From positions 64,790,001 to 64,854,000 of the forward strand of contig OZ260662.1 in the NCBI GenBank assembly GCA_965285935.1: a stretch of 64,000 nucleotides of DNA, written 5' to 3'. Source of the DNA: Ophelia neglecta. Lineage: Eukaryota. Within the stretch, counting starts at the first letter, position 1. Each line of letters starts with the position of its first letter. The translations under genes were made by a program, and so were the position numbers. Shown here piece after piece: positions 52,201 through 62,160 of the stretch. The notes under the pieces are model-generated. The model was not told the origin of the DNA. It saw nothing but the letters and a program-made list of their open reading frames with translations, and made no database searches.

Positions 52201-55200
52201 TACTCTTCACCGGCGAAGTCGACCAGCTCACTTGATACTGCCAATGGAAGGGGTTTCTGGCATAGAGGGACCACACCTAGGACTGCCTAGTGGACCCACT
52301 TCCTCTGCTACCCAGGAAAGGCAGGAGTGAGGAATCAAGGAGAGTTGTCACCGTGCCTTTTTTTTAGATACATTTCTTTAAATACGTCACTCCCTCATAC
52401 GATAGTTTGGACAAAACATCTGTTTAAACAGATAAGATAGAACGTGGTTAGCAACGAGAAACATCATTGGGACCGTTTACAAGATACCTCGCCGTTTAAA
52501 CAAAATGACTTATCTGTATTGATATGTTCAACAGCACTGTGTTGTTATATATGTTATTTATATCAACTTGCGTTAACCTTCAACTCACTTTTCCAAGTCT
52601 TCAAATTACACATGATAACATGGCTAATAGGATGGAAGAAGTTTACTTTTTCTTAAAATGAATTTCCTAACAATTGAATTAGTTGCTCCTGCTGTATGAA
52701 ACCACGGAACTGGTTTAACAAAAGATTTAAATTCTAGGGATTCTCAATTATATAATGATGCCCTATTTAACATTCTGAAGAGTTACACACTTTGTTTTTA
52801 ACGGGTGTGGTTTTTTGTTCCAGTCAGCACATACAGATCTTTCGCTCACCACTATTAGGTGTCTGCTGACTTACGTTATGATTGCTCATAAATATAGTCC
52901 CTTTCTTAGATCCGGTGTCAAAAAGTGCCACGGACAAAAGGCAAACAGCTACAAGACAGGAGCCATGTTGTTTACCTACTCTCCCCTATAAGTTGTCCTT
53001 CCCAAACATGACTTAAGTCTCCTGAACGAAAACAAGACTTAGCATGTCACCTTTGTTCTGAAAGTGTGAAATGGGTCCAATATTTCACCAAAACACAGGG
53101 GTTAGCTCTTTTTGGGACACTTGCATTGTGCTTTTGTTGGGCTACTGAAATCACCAATGAATCACTGAATTCCTTTTAAGAAATTGCATGGTAAATTTGG
53201 CACCTTTAACACGTGCTAGGCCATATGTTAGAATATGTTCTCCGAACATCGTGGTTTCTGACAGTGTAAACATATAACAAAAGTCACTGTGTGTTGCTTT
53301 ATAGAAATCATTACAGGGATTTAATTACACTTAATCACAGTGTACTGTTGAATCTTTCAAAGCCTTTCTTACCTATTCAGGTAGCACGTCTGTTAAATTC
53401 AACATAGCAATGAAATTCAATTTAATCATGAAGTCGTAACAAAAGTGGCTAACTCCAATGGGAAATGGATGTCTCTTTTGGAAAAACCGGCCAAGGGCAT
53501 ACGTTTGGAAAACCTAACAAATCGTGCTTACCACAATGCCAGAGGATTTCTATGGAAAGCCGCCGACTTTCTTGACTGAAAAGAAGGTGTTTGGTTGCAA
53601 AGCCATTTAATGTGAGAAAAATGGAAAATGTTATCTTAGGAAAATCAAATTATAGTTCAAACTTTCCTCCTGGATTTGTTTGCTGTTTGGGGCATAAAAA
53701 ATATTTGTATTTCATTTCACTTTGTAGCGAAGAAGGTCAAATTTGTCTCTAATGGAGTAAAATCACTAAGTAATCGGATTATTTTGTTATACTTTAAATT
53801 GAAATCTTCAAACATTTAGATTGATTTTTAAGCCTTTCATTTTGCATTAGACATACCGCAGTTATACAAAGTGAGAACCGGTACCAAAAAAAATGCATAT
53901 ATTTTTTTCAAGATGGAGAGCTAACAGGTGAGGATCCTTTAAATAACTGAAGGTATGCTAAGATAAATCGTCCCATCACATATAATGCTAATAATATAAC
54001 AACATAGAATAATGGTATAATCTTACATAACATCTTATGATTGTTTTTTTACTCCCTCGCCAATAAAAAGAAACATAAATAATTAACACTATTCAATGCT
54101 AGTTTCAACGGGCTGTGGTATAGGCCCCTTTAACAGAGGCTGCAATTGGTGGAAAACTGGCTCATGGACAGCTTAAACCAATTTGGGAGGCAATGATAGT
54201 CCATCTTTAGTTTGCTGGGTGCAAGTTGAAAGCTTTTGTTAGGCTGAAACCTATATTCAATTTGTATCCTTAGTTTCATACTTCTTTAACTGTAGCGAGG
54301 AACATGATTCAAGCGGCCGCTTGCTGCTGCGTTTGCAAGATGGTGCTGCCATCTCATGGAAAAGTTTCCTAGGCAACTTCCTTTGAATTTTCTTGTCTTC
54401 CCTATGTTTAAAGATTCTAAAAATGACAGCTACAAGTCCAAACTATACGAAAGACACGAGCTCCTTTTTAAAAAATGTCTTTTCCTGGGACTACGTTAGT
54501 TTTGTTAGCCTAATTAAAGATCACTAACGAGCACAGTGTAAAATAACAAAAGGGTATTGTGCATATGCAAACAATAGTCCTGAATTGTATGTAAGGATTT
54601 AAATTACGGCTAGACATTCTTTGTTCTTAATTATTACTTATTTCTTATTAATTTGACTGTTTTCGTGAAGTGAGATTATTTCGGTGTCTAAAATTTAAAA
54701 CATATTTGATGTTGGACCGGTACGCCTATATACGATGTACAACATTTAGTCACATCCATATTCTGGTAGAACTATTAATGTCAACACTTTACACTGCTTT
54801 TGTTTCTCTTTGCTCTTTGGGTGACGTAAATACATGGATTAGTTGTCAAACCGGCTCGTTTCAAGGAGCGATAAACGGCTGTGATCGCTATTCAGGATTG
54901 ACGAAGGTGATGGCTGAGAGAGGACTGGAATCCTCTTTGCACGTCGAGATGATGGTGTCATAGTGACGCTTTCTTCCCATCGAGAAACGCCCCCAAAGTC
55001 ATTGCTTTCTCTCAGAACAATGTCATGCTTTTCGCAGCATATTGTTGAACAGTTACAAAATGTCACTTGAACATGCTACCTCCCGCCGAGGGAGACAACA
55101 TATAGGCCCTTGTCATCATAACGGCGCTACGCAATCCGGCGGAGGAATTTCGAGGCATTGTTCACCGGAATTCCTACGGACAAAAGTGTGCGCATCGTGT

Positions 55201-56969
55201 GTGACTAGGCCGGTCAGAGGTCACACGTGCAGGCTGTGAGAACTCGTCACACACGCTCGGGTTCCGCGAAGCGACAAGTGCGTGGAAGCTGAATGTCCTT
55301 GTTTAGCGTGTCTACACCTGTGCCTGGGGAGACGAGATTTAATGACACAATTATGACATCTAAAATGGCTGAAAACACTTCCAATAGTCTGCCAGGAAGT
55401 TTGTTCTGTGGCCTATATGACTGCTGCCAGATTCGCAGACGACAGGTTGATTTTCATCGCGAACAATACATTGAACTATGAACAAATTTGCGCTCAAACA
55501 AGCACCTGTTGAATAAAGGCCATCTGATTTCCATGAATTAATATGCGAACAAGGTTATTATAATAGACTGTGTGTGCACAATGCCAGGTTGACACTTGAA
55601 CATGTAAATTATGAAGCGATGCTGTGAGACAAGAGTGACCCAGGAGACCTATTGAGGTGTCAATTATTGCACGTCCCTTGGCCTTGCATGCACAGTGCTT
55701 AAAAAGTGAACATGTAGCATCATGCCATTTTCTCTTTCACGCCAATTAAATAGGGGTGTATATTTTCTAACTAAACCGTCATAGGGGAGGTTGCTTTTGT
55801 AGCAGTGACTGAACCATTATAGACATGGAACATGTCATCTTTGAAAAATGAGGACGAATCATGCAGGGCTTTTGCATGGATTTTGAATCAAGTAAATTTA
55901 CGGTGTTCCTTTGTCATATGTATATAGGTCTAACTAAAGTTTAACGAATAACATTCGTTATTTTTTCAAATTTGAATTAAATGTCTTATGTCAGCAATAT
56001 TGTGTGGGTGTTGCGGGCAAATCGGTCGCCTGAACATAGTTGTGGTTTATTAAAATGCCACAAAAAATCCATAGTATGATAGGCCTATAGGAAAGAAGCA
56101 TTCCCTCGACCCACGCGGCTGACCGAGGACAGCTATGCGGGAAACTTTACACTTTTTCAAGACGATCACAGGCTAGTGCAATGAATCACAGGAAAGTGAT
56201 ATTACTTTCAGTTTGATTGTTTTCGTCAGCTGCGGTCGTTTTCTGATTATGATTATGTTGCCAATAAACACGCATCCAAAATGAAGATTAAAGAGGATTT
56301 CTGAAAGGCGGATATGGATATGAGCGTGTCTCGGGTCGTGTTGATCTCAGTTATCGACTGTTGCCGTGGGCTTGTGACGGAATTACACGAGAAATCCCGA
56401 CATGCAAAGGAATCTTGTGAAACGGAAACAATAGAGTTTGTCTCAGTGCGCAGCAGCGAGCTACTCATCAAAGAGGCCGCATGCTATCCAATCGTCTAGA
56501 TAACATACCCGTTTTGTCCGGTCTTCATTCTAGCCAATTTAACGGGATTTATGATACATGTAATTCGGAAACCCTACCGATATCTACCCCAGCAACTAAA
56601 TTCTCTTATCTCTCAATATTTCCAAGCGCTCGGGTAATTTCACGCTCATGATCACTGGCGATCACCGGAGCGCTTAGAACATCAAAGGGCTGGTGTTTAA
56701 TAATGGCATCATCTGTAAACATGCGAAGAAAAAGCAGACGAGATAATTGTATTTCCGCGAGGTCATACGACCGATATCAGAGGGGTGTCCGACTGGGTTC
56801 GGTCGCAGTTTGTTTCATAAGTGCTATGACTAATATTTGTTGTGGTCATCGCAGCTTTTGTCATGTAGCAGGCCCATATAGTAATAAGAAGTACTGGCCG
56901 GTGGTGTCCTGGCTGAAACTGGGCGACTTTGTGTACTTTCGCCATTTATCTCTGTGCGTTCAGCTCTGC

Positions 56970-58900
56970 AAGTAATGGGAAAATCAAACACGCGAGCAAA
57001 TATGCTTTAGCGATTAGACGTCAAACACTTATGACAAGGCCCGGGTGTACCTGTGGGTCCCCTGCTTTATTTTGGAGAGGTAGGCCTTTTGATAAACCTG
57101 AGACTCACTGTGGGAAAGCCAAATAAATGTGGTGAACCAGCGCCGTGGACTGGAGGTCCGGGCCAAACACTGGCCACGACTTTTTCTCGTGCGTGTGAAA
57201 ATCATTTGCTCTGTTGTCAGCTGGCACTTATCCAATATGTTTTACCTCCTATGAATTCCGGTGCACTAACTTTAATACTCGCCGACCGCCTGTTGCCAAA
57301 TTTCGCAGACGACACTCGAGGTTTGTGAACGCGCTCGACACAGCTCTGGCACGTTCGTTCACACGTCCTATAATACCCAATTGCATCAATATTGCAGTAA
57401 TGACAGAATATACATAATAAAAAGTAGACAAATAAACAACAACAATCGAGAGCTTTCGCTGTCACGGGTGTCACTAAATAGTGAGGTAAACATTAACGAA
57501 AAATGAATAAACAGATAAAATGCAGGAATCATTTTCCCACGATCGCTTGTAAATTAAACACCAAGGTAAATGCAGATATTTGATCTGTCCTAACTTATCA
57601 ACATTGCCTTTATTTACTTTTTCTGTATTAAGATGTGGCTTCCCCATTCTCTACAGGCCTACACGCTCACTGAAATACGGTGGCCTTGGGTTTATCTGAA
57701 TCGCTTGAAGCCAAAAATCGCCAGCGATGCCATTACTGTGGCGTGGTTTAATTTTAGGTTCAGTTAAAGAGTTAGTGACAGAGTTATAATGGTGGTGTTG
57801 TGTCCTGATCTCAGGATATAGCTCCGCCAAGCCCTCAAGCGTCAACTTTTACTTGTAATCAAAAGCCTACTTAAAAGATGTCCACCAATATGATGATTTA
57901 CGAAGTTAGCTTACATCAATGGATCAAGGACTTCACCAATAATTGTATTCCATAACTTTTCATTTATAACTCGCCTTTAGCTAAATGCTTTATGTGTTTA
58001 TAAGACACATCTGCATATGGTAATAGGCAAATGATTCTTGGGCATGGAAAAACTAAACTAACTCGTGTATGTCCCATGCACGAATGATGCAATAAAGTTT
58101 CTGGGAACAAAATTCGTTTGACCGGTTGATCTAATAAGGTAGATGACATTTTGCCAAAGATCCTTCTTGTCAAACATCCCTTGAAGGCTCGCATATGGTA
58201 GTCTAGCTTTAGGTGCCAGAGGACTGGCATTAGACTGTGTTCTATATAGGAAAACTCCCGGCAGGCGCACATAAGTTATTAAATTTTATGTGATTCAAAT
58301 AACCTGCACTATGCGTACATGCAGCAGTGTGGGAAAATTGCCGATGCGGTTGTAAGACTATGTATGTGGTAGATGAATTGCTGTGCTGTGTAAAAAGCTT
58401 TTGATAATATCTGCGAAATTGGATTGACTTTTCTCCTATAGAGCAAGCAGGATACTTATCGTACGGGCTTGTCTATTATGATATTGTTCCGTTTTGGTGA
58501 ACTGCGTAGAACCCCTTGTTATAAAAACAGGGCGGGTATGTTTGTTTGGTCTTAGAGACTTCCAGCTACACACCTGTTATAATGTCATGGATGGGCAACA
58601 AGTATCTTTTCTTGCTCTTTTTCATCCCCAAATGTCATTTAGGGGCTCTACACATGGGAAAATTGGAGGATTTTTACATAAGTGAATGATTTTCCCACGC
58701 GCATGGGCATTCCTGAGCAGTGATTCGTAACACGGTGAGCGTTAGTGAATACCTGTGCTTTGTGTGCCGGTATGTGCTATCGGGACTTCTATTTACCGAA
58801 AGGTCAAACTCGGGAACCCCTGAGGTGCTTTTGGTTGCAGGTGGGAGGAGTTTTCCCATACTCGACTCTGCACACCAGACAATGGGTCTGGCACGTGGAT
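56970..58900. promoter_or_regulatory. Candidate Notch-responsive upstream enhancer region of HES-B
   Basis: CSL-type sites at 57109 (TGTGGGAA), 57192 (CGTGTGAA), 57534 and 58692 (TTCCCACG), 58328 (TGTGGGAA); HES-type sites CACGCG 56989 and 58696, CTCGTG 57186, TGGCACGTG 58889; GCAGGTG 58837. Confidence 0.65.
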
Positions 58901-58989
58901 GCCATAAAAACACATACGTTGTGGGGTTTGATTGACGGCCGCAAACATACTGCCTACATATGTTACCTATAAGGTCACAATTGAACTGG

Positions 58990-59180
58990 AGTCTGTCGGC
59001 CCATTGGTGTGCGCCGATTGGCTGAGCTATTCAGGTGCTCTGCGTGTGCCGCACGCTGATTGGACACGCACTCTTGGACCGAAGCGTGGGAATATAGCTG
59101 CGAGCAATTGTTTGTTAAAGTGCCGCGCAGGTGGCCTGCGCTATAAAATCCCGTCTCCTACCTGCATGCCTTCAGTCGTG
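58990..59180 (+). promoter_or_regulatory. HES-B core/proximal promoter
   Basis: TATAAAA 59142-59148; TCAGT initiator with A at 59174 (32 nt from TATA start); three inverted CCAAT boxes (ATTGG near 59004, 59017, 59059); CSL site CGTGGGAA 59085-59092; E-box GCAGGTG 59127-59133. Confidence 0.8.
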
Positions 59181-59270
59181 TGGTCGGTGTGCAACAAGTG
59201 CAGTCCGTGTCAGGCGTATCACAATTCTATATACAACTCCTTGGATTATACAAACCCCAGCCAGTGTACA

Positions 59271-59324
59271 ATGACAGACAAAGTCGTAGAAGCAGCGAAA
59301 ATGTCTTCTCAGCAACTCAGAAAG
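59271..59324 (+). CDS. HES-B coding exon 1
   Basis: acaATGa start about 97 nt after the TATA/Inr-predicted TSS; ends AAG|gtaaac at RK|. Confidence 0.9.
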
Positions 59325-61735
59325 GTAAACAAAAATTTCTTATTTATTTTATAAGTTATATACACGGTGTTTCACCCGGGCGAGTGTTGATATTGATGGA
59401 GCCGTGAGGACACCGTGTACTCCGTGCCACAGGTGCATGGCAAACACTGATTTGAGAGGACCTTAATGATGACAGTGGACACTTTGACTGTGATCTCAAT
59501 GTCCATTTGGGGCGGTATATTACTGAGATGCAGGACAACTGCCACGACTTGGAATCTTACAGATTATAACCGTGTTATGGTTATTTATCACTGCTTTACA
59601 CTTGCTGCACTTGTCCACCTGTTGCTCGGGTGCTGACACCTGTTGTCGGTTGACACGTGCAGTGATTGACTATGGCGCGTCTATCCTACACACTGCTCCA
59701 TGTCACATGGCAAGTGCCAAGAGCGAAGGACCATCATGTCAACAACTGTCCCGGATCATCGTATTATCACCTGTGTTACCCTGATATCTGGAGACGAGAC
59801 ATTAACCCTCCGATGTGTTAATGATATATTAGCCGTCCCTTCCAATGTCAACCATTTACTAGGAAACATCAACTCTCCTGTCCCCCATGATTAGTATACA
59901 TAAACCGATCTCTGTAAACTTCAAGTTAACAAATGATCGATGAAAATTTTAATTCATTTCATTCTTGTGAGTCAACTAATAAATATACCAATTTGATTTA
60001 TTTATTTATTTAGCATTAAATGGAGACGGTAACCATTTACTTATGAATCTATATTTAAATTTACAGATCAAGAAACCCATGATTGAGCGTCGCCGTCGTG
60101 AACGAATCAACGATTCTCTCAATCAGCTGAAAGCCTTGGTCTTAGATGCGATGAACAAAGAGGTAAGTTGTCAACTCTGTGAACGATGTTGGTAAAGTTT
60201 TAATCTAGAACAAGTGCCTGGCACTAGGGGAAGGGTTTCACAATATACAAGTCAGCTTGTAAATACCCCAGAATATCACTAAACCAAGCGAGCAGTGATC
60301 TCTGGGAAAGCTTCACGACACGCGCCTCATCACGCTCTGTCTACGGCAAATAGTCTTGGTTATACTCCAGTGACCTCACATAAAGGCACTTCCTCTCTCA
60401 AACTGGTGGAATGATTTTCTCACGGCTTCTCCACCCTTTCAGCAACTGATGGTTAACGGTTGCAGGGTCTTGTCCTTTGCAGCAAAGGCACGTGGCCCAG
60501 CCACCCAAGCGAGGTACAAGGCAAAGGGCAAAGTTTTACTGCAAAATTTAAACTCCCGACTTCACCACTGGAATGAAGCGTGGGTTGGGAACCTTTTGAA
60601 AGTAAATCACACGTCTCTCGCTCAAATTAGACGGTGAATGTCTAATACATTCAAATCAAAGCCCTGGTGAGGGCCCACGTGATAATGAAGTGCCATCCCA
60701 TAGTGGGTAGCTGATAATTACAAGAACCTGAACGACCATCTATTATAAAGACATCCTGTAGAGTTTTCACTTTCTTTTGTGATTGGTATAGCATCGTCTG
60801 ATTTATAACAACAACCACCGTTAAATGTGCACATTTTAAATATATCTTTTCTTTCTTCTCAGGAATCTCGTTACTCGAAAATGGAGAAAGCGGACATCCT
60901 CGAGATGACTGTAAAGCACCTGAAGAGCGCTCAGCGCCAGTCCCTGCTGATGTCTCCCGATGGAAACGGGCAAAATATGCTAGGAAAATACCGCACAGGA
61001 TTTGCCGAGTGTGCCCATGAGGTCGGACGCTATCTAGGCTCCGTGGATGGTCTTACACCAGAAGTGCGCATGCGTCTGATGGGTCACCTCTCAGGCTGCA
61101 TGCAGAGCGCAGAAACCCGCATTCCTGGTGGCGCTTGCGCAACATCAACTCTCTCTGGGTCCCCGGAAGCGAGGTCTTCTCTGCCGGCGGCCACTCAACT
61201 ATCTTCCCTTCCTGGTGCCAATGTACAGATTTTGTCGGTGAACACGAGTGATGCTTCCCAGACGGCGCGCGTTCCCAGTGTGAGCCCGATGCTGCCTGCC
61301 AGTCCGGTCAGCTCCCCAGAACTAACAATCACCTCTCCTATGATCGTGGTCAGTCCAAACTCGAACCAACAACCAAATGGTCTTCTGAAGGATGCCATCC
61401 CACTGTACTTTGCTTCCAGCAGTGTGTCAGTTGGCTCCTCTCGACCGGCTAGCAGCGCCCCACCCTCTCCACAATACTCATGCTCCTCCACAGACAGCTT
61501 CGGCCACTCTCCTGTCCACAGGCAGAGCCCCGAGCTCGCCCAAGACGCTCCTCAGTTCTACCGGGCACATTTCACCGCCATCTCTTCATCTCAGAGTCCT
61601 CCTTACGTTAGAGAGTACAAGCCAACCATCATCAGAGCCGAGGAACACAACAAAGCCAAGCGAGCTTTTGAAACTGACTCTTTTCCCGCCATGCAGTGTA
61701 AAGCCTTCAACCTACCAGTGTGGAGGCCTTGGTGA
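59271..61735 (+). CDS. HES: HES-B: Hairy/E(spl)-family bHLH-Orange-WRPW transcriptional repressor, join(59271..59324,60067..60162,60863..61735), 340 aa
   Basis: Spliced translation MTDKVVEAAKMSSQQLRK|IKKPMIERRRRERINDSLNQLKALVLDAMNKE|ESRYSKMEKADILEMTVKHLK..., Orange domain (KYRTGFAECAHEVGRYL...RLMGHLSGCM), terminal WRPW-stop. Introns are GT..AG, both phase 0, at the same positions as HES-A introns 1 and 2. Confidence 0.95.
60067..60162 (+). CDS. HES-B coding exon 2 (basic region + helix 1)
   Basis: tttacag| acceptor, 96 nt, GAG|gtaagt donor. Confidence 0.95.
60863..61735 (+). CDS. HES-B coding exon 3 (helix 2, Orange, WRPW)
   Basis: cttttctttcttctcag| acceptor; open frame through to ...PVWRPW* (track ORF 60827..61735). 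Confidence 0.96.
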   Translation, partial: ESRYSKMEKADILEMTVKHLKSAQRQSLLMSPDGNGQNMLGKYRTGFAECAHEVGRYLGSVDGLTPEVRMRLMGHLSGCMQSAETRIPGGACATSTLSGSPEARSSLPAATQLSSLPGANVQILSVNTSDASQTARVPSVSPMLPASPVSSPELTITSPMIVVSPNSNQQPNGLLKDAIPLYFASSSVSVGSSRPASSAPPSPQYSCSSTDSFGHSPVHRQSPELAQDAPQFYRAHFTAISSSQSPPYVREYKPTIIRAEEHNKAKRAFETDSFPAMQCKAFNLPVWRPW

Positions 61736-62160
61736 CGTGTCTCATCAGAGGAACTTTACTCCCCCAAAAAACTCTGCCTGCCTTGTTCTCATGGTGCATA
61801 AAGACTGTGTCCATTTTAAATTTCTATGGACGACGTTCTCGGGCTAGAACATTCAATTCATCAAATACATTATATTACAATGTCCTTTTTTAATCATGTA
61901 TATATATTCCCGAATTGCATTCCAGTTAAGTTTAACACTTGCATTTACTTTGCATAATTATGGTACTTAGTTCAAAAAGTCTCCGCTGTGTGGAGTTTAA
62001 AGCATTCCATTTGATAATGTCTTCCAAAACGAGGCTTCCTCTTTCAGTGGTTTATCTAATAAATGGAGGACCTCATTCGACATTCTCAAAGATTAAGCAT
62101 TCTGTGATGAATATTTTTAATTTTATAATGACTTAATAAAGCATTCCATTGAAACTTATT
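61736..62160 (+). promoter_or_regulatory. HES-B 3' UTR with GY box, K box and miR-1-type seed sites
   Basis: GTCTTCCA 62019-62026; CTGTGAT 62102-62108; CATTCCA 62003 and 62142; AATAAA 62058 and 62135. Confidence 0.6.

Noticed and set aside
52120-52340. Vague resemblance to a LINE (RTE-like) 5' region
   Set aside because: No downstream endonuclease/reverse transcriptase ORF and similarity too weak to support
26710-56900. Search for a third HES gene, HES pseudogene or Bearded-family gene between the paralogues
   Set aside because: No bHLH, Orange, WRPW, NxxNExL or GTFFWT-like coding found in the ORF track or by eye; small exons could have been missed
58932-59270. N-terminal extension of HES-B implied by track ORF 58932..59354
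   Set aside because: Starts at a non-ATG codon upstream of the TATA/Inr promoter; a second in-frame ATG near 59166 lies before the predicted TSS at 59174
61392-61847. 151-aa alternative-frame ORF overlapping the HES-B last exon
   Set aside because: Shadow ORF expected from S/P-rich, C-rich codon usage; no recognisable domain or independent start evidence
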